From: a virus
Taxonomy: Duplodnaviria; Caudoviricetes
Length of the DNA stretch: 64,000 nt
Strand: one strand, 5' to 3'
Virus record (IMG/VR): IMGVR_UViG_2721755587_000001
Shown here: positions 40,094 through 50,052 of the stretch, one piece after another
How the letters are laid out: every line of letters starts with the position of its first letter
How positions within the stretch are numbered: the first letter of the stretch is position 1
Position numbers and translations under genes: made by a program
The notes under the pieces: model-generated
Told to the model about the DNA's origin: nothing
The model's database searches: none
The model's input: only the letters and a program-made list of their open reading frames with translations

Positions 40094-40318
40094 ATGAAGA
40101 AAGTCACCGGAACTAACGCCCGCGCCCGTTGCAAGCTGCAACCGCAATCAATGCGCACCGAGCCGTATTACGTGAGCCATAACCAGGTCACCAAGGACGA
40201 ACCGCGCCCTGGCTGGTACTGGCGGCGCGCAGCGCGGCTGAACGGAAGGCTGCTGTCGGTGCCCCACGGGCCGTATCTGCAGCAGTGCGAAGCAGCCTCG
40301 GCATCGCAGCGCGATTGA
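40094..40318 (+). CDS. Hypothetical protein
   Basis: 74-aa ORF. Confidence 0.45.
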   Translation: MKKVTGTNARARCKLQPQSMRTEPYYVSHNQVTKDEPRPGWYWRRAARLNGRLLSVPHGPYLQQCEAASASQRD

Positions 40319-40321
40319 CCC

Positions 40322-40648
40322 ATGACTGACGATGCGTTGTACGCGAAGGCCGTCGCCGTGGTGCACGAACGCCAGATCGCATCTATCACCCTGGTCGAGC
40401 GCTGCCTGAAGATCCCCTACGCGGTAGCCATGTCCCTGATGGATCGGATGAGCCAGGAGACCACGTTTGTTCGCAGGCTCCCAACGGGGCTGTTCGAGTA
40501 CACGGCAAATGCCCTGGCGGCAGAGAACGCAACGCTTCATAGGCGGGTACAGGATCTTGAAAGCCAACTCGGGATTTGTCGCGAGGCGCTAGCGGATGCC
40601 GAGCGAGAGCTCGCTGCTGCAAATCGGGAACTGTCATGCCATCGCTGA
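40322..40648 (+). CDS. Stand-alone FtsK-gamma-like winged helix plus coiled coil
   Basis: DALY.KAV..V.E...ASI..V.R.LKI.Y..A..LMD.M matches the FtsK gamma pattern. Confidence 0.7.
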   Translation: MTDDALYAKAVAVVHERQIASITLVERCLKIPYAVAMSLMDRMSQETTFVRRLPTGLFEYTANALAAENATLHRRVQDLESQLGICREALADAERELAAANRELSCHR

Positions 40649-40854
40649 CGACTGTGCCCACGAAAGGGGCCTATCAAGGCTTGTGCAACCGATCAGCCTG
40701 TCTTGCGCCTGGTGCGGACTGGTTTAACCGTGGCACCCGAGCCTACTACTGCGCTCACTGTGCCCAACTCATCAACACTGCGGCACATGGCGACCTCGAT
40801 GCCGGGGAATTGCCGCTCTGTGCGCGCGTCACGGAAGAATCCAACAATGAATGA
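40636..40854 (+). CDS. Small Cys-rich hypothetical protein
   Basis: CNRSAC...YYC..CA. Confidence 0.5.
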   Translation: MPSLTTVPTKGAYQGLCNRSACLAPGADWFNRGTRAYYCAHCAQLINTAAHGDLDAGELPLCARVTEESNNE

Positions 40855-41629
40855 AGAGATGAAGCCCGGTGCGCAGGCACTGACCGTTGCCAGATGGACC
40901 GGATCGGTCTCCCAGCACGCCAATGGCGGGTTTGTCGCGGTCAGCGACTACATGGCGTTGGCGAGCGAGCATGACAGCTGGAAGCGCATGTACGAGGACG
41001 CCGTCCGCAGCCTAGCTTGCATTGATCAGGCTCTGGGCATCCCGGCTGACGAGGCGGGCGGTGCCGCGCCGATCCTGGCGGAAATCGAGCGCCTGAAGGA
41101 AGGAGCGAAGGTGGCCGGAGTTGATGCCAAGCACGAGGCCCTGGAGCTCACTGCGCGCTCCATTGCTCACGGCAACGCGAATGAGTGGGCTGCCCAAGAT
41201 GGAAAGGTCGGTTCTCTGATCGAAAGCGAGTTCTACCCGTTCATCGAAACGGACGTTGCCGCCTACACCGGCGATGATGCTGACGATGAGCGCTTGCGCG
41301 CTTACCTCGCGGCAGCCAACCCAAACACTGTCTTGGAGCTCTTCGATTGCGTTCGCGCGGTCCGGGCTAGTGCTCAGGCCACGGTCGCGCGCCCGCTGAT
41401 GGATGCGAAGTACGGAAACGAGGGATATCACCCGTTCGCGGTTGCATCCATGCCGAAGCTGGGGCTGACGGACGATTTCGCGGGAGACAACGTGCACTTG
41501 GTTCGATGCATTGAGGCCCTGATTTCGCTTGATGCGAACGGCAGTTTAGTGCCGCACGGCATAGGCTGCCATGCGCGCACGCTGCTATCCGCATCGGCAG
41601 TACGGCTCGCCCGGCAGGAGCGCGCATGA
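40847..41629 (+). CDS. Ea22-like mosaic hypothetical protein
   Basis: YLAAANP.TVLEL motif. Confidence 0.55.
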   Translation: MNEEMKPGAQALTVARWTGSVSQHANGGFVAVSDYMALASEHDSWKRMYEDAVRSLACIDQALGIPADEAGGAAPILAEIERLKEGAKVAGVDAKHEALELTARSIAHGNANEWAAQDGKVGSLIESEFYPFIETDVAAYTGDDADDERLRAYLAAANPNTVLELFDCVRAVRASAQATVARPLMDAKYGNEGYHPFAVASMPKLGLTDDFAGDNVHLVRCIEALISLDANGSLVPHGIGCHARTLLSASAVRLARQERA

Positions 41630-43422
41630 TCCACCGCGAATACAAGACGTTCGGCTTCTGCTGCGGCCTGGGCGGCGGGGCCAAGGGCTTCAAGAAGGCT
41701 GCTTCCCAGGTGGGCAACATGATCGCGACCTGGCGCTGCATCGGCGGCATCGACGTCGACCCGGCAGCGGCGCGCGACTTCGAGCACCTCGTTGGCGTGC
41801 CGTGCACAGTGATGGACCTGTTCACCCGGGCGATGTACACCGCCTTCCACGGCAAAGAGCCGCCGGCGGGCTGGCGCGAGGCCACGGCCGCCGACGTTCG
41901 GCGTGCCGCCGGCAACGAGACGCCCGACTGCGTGTTCATCTCGTCGCCCTGTAAGGGCGCGTCCGGTCTGCTGTCCGAGGCGCTCAGCCGCACACCGAAG
42001 TACCAAGCTCTGAACGAGCTGACCCTGCGCTGCGTGTGGCTGATGTGCGAGGCTTGGAAAGACAAGCCCGTCAAGCTGATCGTCTTCGAGAACGTGCCGC
42101 GACTGGCCACGCGCGGGCGGCACTTGTTGGACCAGATCAACCAGATCCTGCGCCACTACGGCTATGCTGTGAATGAGACTACGCATGACTGCGGCCAGAT
42201 CGGCAAGCTGGCCCAAAGCCGCAAGCGCTTCCTGATGGTTGCCCGGCACATGGAGCAGGTCCCGGCCTTCCTCTACGAGCCTGAGATTCATCGCCTGCAG
42301 GGCGTCGGTACCGTGCTGGGCCGCATGCCGCTGCCTGGCGATCCGGCCGGCGGACCGATGCACCGCGTGCCGTCGCTGCAGTGGAAGACCTGGGTGCGGC
42401 TGGCGTTTGTTGAGGCCGGTAGCGACTGGCGGAGCCTGAACAAGCTGGCGGTGGAGAACGGCCACCTCAGCGATTACCTGATCGTGCCCGAATATCGCGA
42501 CGGCTACATGGGGGTGAATCGATGGGACGAGCCCAGCGGGACCGTCGCTGGTCGTAGTGGGCCGACGAACGGCACGTTCAGCGTTGCGGATCCCCGTTTC
42601 GCCAAAAGCGCGAAATGGAATGACGGCCATGCCTACGGCGTGCTGCCGTGGGACCAGCATACGAACACCATCGCTGCGCAGCAGATGCCAGGCCAGGGCT
42701 ACTACACCGTCGCGGACCCGCGTCACGCTGGCCCGGCCAAGCACAATAACGAGTTCCGGATCGTGCCGTGGGGCCACGCCGCCGGCGCAGTAACCGGCGC
42801 CCACGGCACCGGCCAGTGCGTGCAGGACCCGCGCGCGTCGACCGGCTTCGAGGGCGCGGGCAAGTACCGCATCACCGGATTCGACGAGCCGGCCGGCACG
42901 GTCATCGCTCGCAGCGATACCGGCCAGGGCGCTTATGCCGTGGCGGATCCCCGCCCGGGCATGCGGCGCGAGCGCGGCGACCACTACCTGACCGGTGGCC
43001 ACTATGGCGTGGTGGGCTGGGAACAGCCGAGCGGTGCGGTGTCTGCTGCTGCTGGCCACGACAACGGCCGGTGGTCTGTGGCGGACCCGCGCCTGCCTGC
43101 GGCGAACGACAAGCTGATTGCGATCATCCGCGCGCTGGACGGTACCTGGCACCGCCCTTTCACTACGTTTGAACTGGCCTGCCTGCAGTCGCTTGTTGAG
43201 CCCGAGGAATATCTCGAGTTGGACGGGCTGAGCGATCAGGCCTGGCGCGAGCGCATCGGCAACGCTGTGCCGCCGGACGCCGCGTGCGCGATCGCCGAGG
43301 TGATGGGCACCACCCTGCTACTGGCCGAGACCGGCGAGACGTTCATGCTGTCGGCCATGCCGGTGTGGGTCCAGCCCGTGGCCGTGGCGCTGTCGGTGGC
43401 GCAGCCTGCGGAGGTCTCATGA
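41626..43422 (+). CDS. DNA cytosine-C5 methyltransferase with internal repeats
   Basis: FCCGLGG, SSPC, FENV, QSRKR, IGNAVPP. Confidence 0.9.
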   Translation: MIHREYKTFGFCCGLGGGAKGFKKAASQVGNMIATWRCIGGIDVDPAAARDFEHLVGVPCTVMDLFTRAMYTAFHGKEPPAGWREATAADVRRAAGNETPDCVFISSPCKGASGLLSEALSRTPKYQALNELTLRCVWLMCEAWKDKPVKLIVFENVPRLATRGRHLLDQINQILRHYGYAVNETTHDCGQIGKLAQSRKRFLMVARHMEQVPAFLYEPEIHRLQGVGTVLGRMPLPGDPAGGPMHRVPSLQWKTWVRLAFVEAGSDWRSLNKLAVENGHLSDYLIVPEYRDGYMGVNRWDEPSGTVAGRSGPTNGTFSVADPRFAKSAKWNDGHAYGVLPWDQHTNTIAAQQMPGQGYYTVADPRHAGPAKHNNEFRIVPWGHAAGAVTGAHGTGQCVQDPRASTGFEGAGKYRITGFDEPAGTVIARSDTGQGAYAVADPRPGMRRERGDHYLTGGHYGVVGWEQPSGAVSAAAGHDNGRWSVADPRLPAANDKLIAIIRALDGTWHRPFTTFELACLQSLVEPEEYLELDGLSDQAWRERIGNAVPPDAACAIAEVMGTTLLLAETGETFMLSAMPVWVQPVAVALSVAQPAEVS

Positions 43423-44060
43423 TGGGTAGTCAAAAGCTCTTGAATCAGGGCTGGTTGGACCACAGCCCCGTCCGCAAGCCCCGCGCCGGCCATATCGGTG
43501 AACAGGTCTTTGCGGAGCGGTGGCGCGAGTTGATGGCGAGCGTTCCCCTGCATGGAGAGGGCCATCCCAACGAGATGCTCGAGACGATCCTGCGCAATTA
43601 CCACAAGGACCAAGTCGATCAACGCGATGCTACTGTGGCTGCAACGGTGGTCTGCTGGCTTGGCTGCAATTGCGGTCGGGCTATCCTGTACATCGCGAAG
43701 CGATTGAAAGAGCTCGGGGCTGGACCCGAGTCATACCTGTATGCCTGGGCAGGAGAAAACCGGAGGTCTTTGGGGATCAATCGTGGCTACAGGACGATCG
43801 AATACATGCTTGCCCCTGACGACCACTTTGGGCGGCAATGGCCACATGAATCAGAGTTGAGCCTGGTTCGTCGCCCGGAAATTTCAGTCAATGACCTTGA
43901 GGTCGCGGAGCACCTCTTTGCCTGGTTCAGGACTGGCGACGGGGAGGCATGGATCGCAGAGTCTGAGCGGGAAGTAGACCGCCGCCAGGCGGAGGCCTAC
44001 AGGCTCGGGCACGACAAGTGGCGCGCAGAAGCTGTTTGCCTAGGACCACTAGCCGAGTAA
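43419..44060 (+). CDS. Hypothetical protein
   Basis: ATGA-coupled, 213 aa. Confidence 0.55.
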   Translation: MMGSQKLLNQGWLDHSPVRKPRAGHIGEQVFAERWRELMASVPLHGEGHPNEMLETILRNYHKDQVDQRDATVAATVVCWLGCNCGRAILYIAKRLKELGAGPESYLYAWAGENRRSLGINRGYRTIEYMLAPDDHFGRQWPHESELSLVRRPEISVNDLEVAEHLFAWFRTGDGEAWIAESEREVDRRQAEAYRLGHDKWRAEAVCLGPLAE

Positions 44061-44068
44061 AGTTTTTG

Positions 44069-44096
44069 TTGAAAAATATGCATACATGGCTATACT
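44069..44096 (+). promoter_or_regulatory. Sigma70-like promoter with an operator in its spacer, upstream of the ncRNA region
   Basis: TTGAAA-N16-TATACT overlapping TATGCATACATGGCTA. Confidence 0.6.
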
Positions 44097-44099
44097 TAG

Positions 44100-46300
44100 G
44101 CCAATACGAATTCTGCTTCGTTGGTGAAGGCCTCCTCGGCCGTGGGGCACCGCCGAACTGCAGGAAGATTGGCCGGTCGTAAGCGGCCCCGAGCAATCCA
44201 CCGTATTGCACATGCGGCCCGCGCAAGCGGGGAGTCAAACGTCCGTCTCCTACGGCAGCCCGAAAGGACAGGGTAATGTGCAGTGTCCTTGATAGTCGGC
44301 CGCGCCGCCGTGCATCGAAACGCCGGCGCGGCCAGTCTGTCACCAATCTCGGTAAGCACATTCAGCGAGTGCGCTTACCGAGACTGGATGGTGACCCTTC
44401 AAGACGGTCTCTTTAAATGTCTACCAAGGGCGCAGTGGTTCGCTTGAGACACGAACCCGACTGGCCGGCGTAACCGGCTACAGAATGCACCCCGAGAGGG
44501 CCGCGCTGCAGCAGTACGCAGCAATCCGAATGACTGCCGTGGTGGGTGGTCGCTAGGTAGGTCCGACACAAGACTCAGCTAGCGCACCTCTCGCTTGCTG
44601 GCGCGGCTGACAGCGAAAAGTCGGCCACCTGTTGCAAGATGGCTCCGCCGCAGGAGTCTGACGCATCGCCGGACGAGAGTACCCGGCTGGAATTCCTGAT
44701 CGCCACCAGTAGCCGGGTCGCCACCGGCGAAGGAGAAGAGGTGGCAGCGAGACGGTAGCGTGCGGGGCGCAAGGCCCAATCCGTGACTAGCCGGGGAGAG
44801 TACCGGCATCTTCAAGCGTGCGGCTGCCCCGAGCGGGGTATCCCGCGATTCCAGGCCACACACCTATGTGCGGCCGCACACTTGAGGGTGAGAACACGTA
44901 GCGCGTGAATGGACTGGTCCTCCGCGCGGCAGATAGAGAACCGCGACGAGCCGGAGTAGCGACCGGCCACCTTCAGCTTTCAAGTGAGCGTCCTGCTGTC
45001 CAGTGGGCGCGGCCAGAGATGGCGACAAGAGGTGGTAGCGCACCTCAGCAGCTAAAACGCAAATGAGCGATCCGGTGGGCCTTTGGCCACATGACTCCGG
45101 TAGCAGGGTTGGCACGCATAGCCTCCCTGCCTTGTTCCCGAATTGGCGACAGGTGCTCAGGGCGTTCACTTGATGGCATGCATGCGAATGCACCTTTCAG
45201 ACAGGTATAGATTGGACTCTTGGCCTGGCAGTCGGTGGAAGCCCGACCCTTCATGCATCACCATCTCGGGGTCACGGGGTTGTAGCCGGACCTTAAACGA
45301 CGGTCTGACCCGCGCCGGTGTGGTGATGCATGAGGGAATGCGCGGGCTGACGCGCGGCGGATGGAAGCGAACCGGCGGCGACGAATGTCCTGGGCCGTAC
45401 CACGTAAGTGAGCAAAGCGGCGAATACAAAAAATCACCGCGTCCCTGTGCCGGGATCAGCGCCGGCCCCTCAGCCGCAAGCCCGGAGGCGGCGCGCAAGC
45501 GAAAAACACACGGGACGGATTAGCAGAGTGCGGGCGGACCGAAATGCCGTCGCTGGAATCGTAACCAGCACCTTCATGGATGTCTGTTTTCAGAGAAGTG
45601 ACTCGCCCAAATATCATTGGGAAGGAGAACGTAACGTCCAGGGACATCCATGAGGGGCCACCTAGTCGTCAGCCCGTGGGCCGAGCAGGCAGGTGATATG
45701 CGGTGATCCGCGCCCTCTACTGTATGCGGGCTTGGCCGAGTGGTCAGGCAGCGGCCTTCCAAGCCGCCAACGCCGGTTCGAATCCGGCAGCCCGCTCCAA
45801 GAAACCTACCGCACAATAGGGCGGATGCTGGAACCCGTAACCAGCTCTTTCATGCATGGCGATTGCCAAAGGGCCAGCGAAAGCAGCCGCCGACCGCCCG
45901 GCAATAGGTGGCGGCAGTCGTCATGCCTGAAAGTGAAGCGGGGATGCGAGCCCCGTATCAGGACACTCCTCTGTCGAAAGCCAAAAATGCCGCCACTTGC
46001 CAGGCGGAAGGCGCGAGCTGGGAGCAAGAGAAACCTGCATGGACTTTGCGTGCCGCCGGGGTAGCGTCCGGCCACTTTCTTCAATTTCGACAACGGGACG
46101 AAACGAATGGCATACCTGCTCTTGTTGGTGGTGCTCTGCTTCTGGCGTTTTCCCGTGACGCCGGCGCTGTCGGGGGCTGGATCGCCCGCCTGGCGGAGTC
46201 AGCCAAGCCCACAGCCTACTCCACGCCTGGGTGCCAGGGCATGGAAAACGGAGTGGGGTTAGTGGCAGCACCATGACGACTTCAACACGGGAATGTTGAC
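44100..46300 (+). ncRNA. Putative long structured ncRNA / array of tRNA-like modules
   Basis: No credible ORF; many GNRA hairpins, repeated T-arm-like stems and 14-20 bp helices; bounded by a promoter and a terminator. Confidence 0.6.
45726..45799 (+). tRNA. tRNA-Gly (TCC)
   Basis: GCGGGCT/AGCCCGC acceptor stem, GCGGC-CTTCCAA-GCCGC anticodon arm, GGTTCGAATCC T-loop, encoded CCA. Confidence 0.93.
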
Positions 46301-46301
46301 G

Positions 46302-46330
46302 AAACCCGGCTTCGGCCGGGTTTGTCTTTT
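46302..46330. terminator. Intrinsic terminator
   Basis: AAACCCGGC-TTCG-GCCGGGTTT followed by GTCTTTT. Confidence 0.8.
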
Positions 46331-46354
46331 CTGGGGTCGGCTAGATCCGCTAGC

Positions 46355-47047
46355 CTAGATCTTGTCGAAGCTAGCCATCAGCATGAGCCGGCCCGCGGTG
46401 TCAGGGTGCCACGCTTGTACCAGCTCCTTGTGCCGCATCCCAGGCTCGGCGTACAGGATTCTCACCGCGACAATTCCGACGTGGTAGGACCAATAGGCGA
46501 ATGTGCACCTGCCATCGACGTCGTTTCCATTCACTTCTGTCCAGCCCGCGACCCTAGTACCCGGCTCGTGGGACGGTGTTGGACCGATGGCAATGAAGAC
46601 GTGCGGATGCGCCGTTCGAGTAAGAAAAGCACTCGCAAACGGGCGGAGATCGATTGGAACCTTGTGTTCGGCGATTAGACAGCCGAAAAGCTTCACGAAA
46701 TAGAGGTGGGTATCAAGCAAAGCATCCTCCACCGGTTGCTTGAATACTTCAGCCATCTCAATTGAGTCCCCCGGTCGGATAGATGGTCGACTTCTCAGAT
46801 CGCCAGACAATTGCTCCCATGCTTTGTCATACGGCTGGCTGAGATTGTTGTTGCAGTCCGCGCATAGAAGAGCCTTCGACTTGAAGGCCGGATCCATCAC
46901 TGTGCGTTTTGGGACGTTGCGCGCCTTACTCGAGTGAACATAAAGAAGCTTGTTCTGAGAAACGTGCCCAAACAACCCCCTCAGATCGGAGACCTTCATC
47001 AGGTGCTCTCCCGTCTCGGCAGCTTTCCCGCAGATCCAGCAATCCAT
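46355..47047 (-). CDS. HNH-like Zn-binding moron protein
   Basis: CWICG....EH...LLCADCNN; opposite strand to neighbours; own RBS. Confidence 0.6.
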   Translation of the reverse strand: MDCWICGKAAETGEHLMKVSDLRGLFGHVSQNKLLYVHSSKARNVPKRTVMDPAFKSKALLCADCNNNLSQPYDKAWEQLSGDLRSRPSIRPGDSIEMAEVFKQPVEDALLDTHLYFVKLFGCLIAEHKVPIDLRPFASAFLTRTAHPHVFIAIGPTPSHEPGTRVAGWTEVNGNDVDGRCTFAYWSYHVGIVAVRILYAEPGMRHKELVQAWHPDTAGRLMLMASFDKI

Positions 47048-47502
47048 TTCCCCCTCCTGCAGTACGTTCGGTCCTGACGTGAATTCTAAGGCAACAGGAG
47101 ATCAGGCCTCTTGTTGGGGAAGATGGAAAACGGCGTTCCGCTGACTCAATCCCGTATCCCAAGATGAATCCATGCCACCCCGGAAGATCGTGCAGTCGGG
47201 TCACGCGGGTGAGGGGTAAATCGCCCGGACACATGACATGGCGCGGGGCCGTGTCAATCCGACACCCCGCTACGGCAGCGCCCAGCGCGAAAGCGTAGCC
47301 CGATGGGCGCACCACCCAAGGAGATTGAGCATGTGGTTTCCCGTTTGTGTGTTCCTATGGGCCGGTGTCTTCGTGTCTGCCTGTGGCTGGCCGAGCGACG
47401 ACGGTTGAGGCATGCCATGAAACTCACCCCGGCTTACCGGACCCAAGCGATCGAGGAAGGTGGACTGCCGGTCCCCGGCGAGTTGGCGCAACGGAGCGAG
47501 CT

Positions 47503-48186
47503 ATGAGCGTCAAACACTTCGGCAAGAACACGGCCGGCCGAGATTTCGCTGTCGGCGACATCCACGGTTGCTTCTCGCGCCTGCAGGTGAAGCTCGACAG
47601 TATCGGGTTTGACCCATACTGCGATCGACTCTTCAGCACCGGTGACCTGGTGGATCGCGGCCCGGAATCGGAGCAAGTGCTCTCTTGGCTGGACAAGTCA
47701 TGGTTCCATGCGGTGCGCGGAAACCACGAGGACATGGCAATCCATCACTACCGCCACGGTATCGACGTGTACGCATACAACGCTAACGGCGGTGCGTGGT
47801 TCATCGGTATGACCCCGGCGGAGAGGGCAGATTATGCGCTTGCATTCGCCGACCTTCCGGTGGCCATGGAGGTGGAGACTGAATCCGGCTTGGTTGGAAT
47901 TGTTCACGCCGAATGTCCCGTCACCGACTGGTCTCGCCTTGAACTCGCACTGACTGGCCCAGCCAAGCAGATGTACGAGGCTTGGTGTATGTGGCAGGAC
48001 CAGCGCATCAAATGCGTTTGCGATGATGACGTGGCCGGCGTGCGCGCCGTGGTGGTTGGCCACTACGTTGTAGAGCGCTTCACCAGCCTTGGCAATGTGT
48101 ACTACTGCGACACTGGGGCATATCGCCGGGGTCGCGACTTCACGATCATCGACTTGGCGACTATGGAGCCTGTCAAGGCGGCCTAG
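47503..48186 (+). CDS. Ser/Thr protein phosphatase (lambda NinI/PphA-like metallophosphoesterase)
   Basis: GDIHG, GDLVDRG, RGNHE, VHA, GH, DTGA. Confidence 0.92.
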   Translation: MSVKHFGKNTAGRDFAVGDIHGCFSRLQVKLDSIGFDPYCDRLFSTGDLVDRGPESEQVLSWLDKSWFHAVRGNHEDMAIHHYRHGIDVYAYNANGGAWFIGMTPAERADYALAFADLPVAMEVETESGLVGIVHAECPVTDWSRLELALTGPAKQMYEAWCMWQDQRIKCVCDDDVAGVRAVVVGHYVVERFTSLGNVYYCDTGAYRRGRDFTIIDLATMEPVKAA

Positions 48187-48234
48187 CCCTGGGTCAGACT
48201 GACCGATTGTCTCCCGTGCTATCCCGGCATGTTG

Positions 48235-48269
48235 GCCCGCAGCCCACCCCGCTGCGGGCTTTTTTCTTC
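48235..48269 (+). terminator. Intrinsic terminator
   Basis: GCCCGCAGC...GCTGCGGGC followed by TTTTTTCTT. Confidence 0.75.
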
Positions 48270-48319
48270 CCGGAAAATGAAACTCATGGGGATGGGCCCC
48301 GCCTCCCATAATCCTCCGC

Positions 48320-48613
48320 ATGGCAACCAAAATCACCGGCGAAGACGTCCAAGCGATGGTCTCCCATTGGCTGGGCACGCCCCCCAATGGCTATCTCGGC
48401 TCGCCCTATGGCTCGCCGATCAAGGACATGCTCCAGACACCCCAGGCAGCCGGCCTGGCTGATGCCTTCCTTGGGAAGCTGCGGACCGACGTCCCCGTGA
48501 TCACTGCGCTGCCGAACAACGCCGTCAACCTGTACTACCAGGACACCCAGCCGGACAAGCGGAGCATCTTCGTTGAAGTAGCCGGGAAACTGATCGAAGC
48601 GCCAAAAGGCTGA
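48320..48613 (+). CDS. Putative baseplate wedge protein (gp25/W-like)
   Basis: HWL.TP.NGYLGS.YG; directly before a baseplate J-like gene. Confidence 0.55.
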   Translation: MATKITGEDVQAMVSHWLGTPPNGYLGSPYGSPIKDMLQTPQAAGLADAFLGKLRTDVPVITALPNNAVNLYYQDTQPDKRSIFVEVAGKLIEAPKG

Positions 48614-48616
48614 TGC

Positions 48617-50050
48617 ATGTACACGAAGAGCGACTTTGACCGAGCTGTAGCTGACAGGATCCAGGAATACCCAGCCGTTGCCACGCGGTTCCAGGCTGGA
48701 GACCCCACCGTTCTCGCCAGCCTGAGCGCCATTTCGCAGATGGCTTCGATGCTCTCGCAGCAACTCGAGATTGGCATGATGGAGCCCTTCGAGAAGGTGC
48801 GGGACTCCACTGTGCTCGCCGATGCCGCGCTGAAGGGCATCATCCCGGTTGGGACGCCTACCCGGGTAAAGGTTCTGGTGGCCAACCCGACGGCAGCCGA
48901 CTTCGCGCTCATCGCTGGACGTAGCGTTCTGGACCCGACTGGTCGTCCCTACGTGGTGGATACCCCCGTCACAGTGGTGGCCGGCGGCACCGGGTTTGCC
49001 CAACTGCTCCAGCGCCAGACCCGCACGATCGCGCACACGGTCACAGGGTCTCAGCCCTTCTACACCATCGAGGTGCCGCAGCCTGACGACGGCCAGTACA
49101 TCGGTGGGATTGCCCTAGCGGATGCCCATGGGAACGCATTCACCTACGCCCAGGAGTTCACAAACGTCGGCGCTGGCGATCGCATCTTCCACGTGGAATC
49201 AGACGAGTATCGCCGGATCTTTGTGAAATTCGGATATGGCGGGGTGGTGGGATACCAGCCGGCGGCCGGTGAAGCCTTCACGGTGACGGTGAACGACACC
49301 AACGGGAACTTCGACCTGGACCCGGGTAGTCCGTTCGCACTCGAGTACACGCTCGCGCCGCAGGACTCGATGGTGAAGATCACGCTCGATTCGGTATTGG
49401 TGCCGGGGCAGAATCCCATCGATATGGATACCCTTCGGGAGCTCTGCAAGTATCCGTCGACCTATGACGCGAGCGCTGTGTACCTGGGGGAATTCGACTT
49501 CCTTATCCGGCGCAACATGCCGAGCCTCAAGTTCCTGTCCGTCTGGAACGAGACCATTGAGGAGCAGGTGCGTGGGGCGAGCGTCGACAACATCAATCGG
49601 CTGTTTGTTTCATTTCAGCCGCCTGACGGTGGCGATCGGACGACGTACGAGAGTGACATTCGAGCCCTCATCACCAAAGCGGACGACTCGTACGATGTTG
49701 CCTTTGTCATGCCGGTGGTGCTACCAATCGGTACCACCATTGCTGCAACAGTCGCACGAGTTCACGAGCCTACGGCTGTCTCGACGCAGATTCAAGATGT
49801 CTTGCTAGGGCAATACGGGATCGATTCTGCGACGGCCAAGGCGGGGATGTTCTACCCGCAGTACAAGCGCGTGTACGAGCAGTTGCGAGCAAATGTGGCG
49901 GCGCTCCAGGACGGAGGGAGCGATTTTACCGTCAGCATCGGTGCGCTGCCGTCCACGCAATTGCCAGAGCAGTGGCGCTACATGACCGCCGATAGCCTAA
50001 CGATTGCGGTCACGCTGTCCAACTACAACATCGGCTACTGGGGTCGCTAG
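48617..50050 (+). CDS. Baseplate J-like protein
   Basis: 477 aa; FVKFG.G..G..P, ELCKYP; position in module. Confidence 0.65.
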   Translation: MYTKSDFDRAVADRIQEYPAVATRFQAGDPTVLASLSAISQMASMLSQQLEIGMMEPFEKVRDSTVLADAALKGIIPVGTPTRVKVLVANPTAADFALIAGRSVLDPTGRPYVVDTPVTVVAGGTGFAQLLQRQTRTIAHTVTGSQPFYTIEVPQPDDGQYIGGIALADAHGNAFTYAQEFTNVGAGDRIFHVESDEYRRIFVKFGYGGVVGYQPAAGEAFTVTVNDTNGNFDLDPGSPFALEYTLAPQDSMVKITLDSVLVPGQNPIDMDTLRELCKYPSTYDASAVYLGEFDFLIRRNMPSLKFLSVWNETIEEQVRGASVDNINRLFVSFQPPDGGDRTTYESDIRALITKADDSYDVAFVMPVVLPIGTTIAATVARVHEPTAVSTQIQDVLLGQYGIDSATAKAGMFYPQYKRVYEQLRANVAALQDGGSDFTVSIGALPSTQLPEQWRYMTADSLTIAVTLSNYNIGYWGR

Positions 50051-50052
50051 CC

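Noticed and set aside
41428-43152. 574-aa minus-strand ORF and similar long antisense ORFs
   Set aside because: Shadow frames of GC-rich real genes (here the C5 MTase), with no recognisable motifs
44100-46300. CRISPR array, or the short ORFs listed in the track for this region
   Set aside because: Repeats share structure rather than sequence and spacing is irregular; no cas genes; the ORFs lack RBS or protein-like motifs
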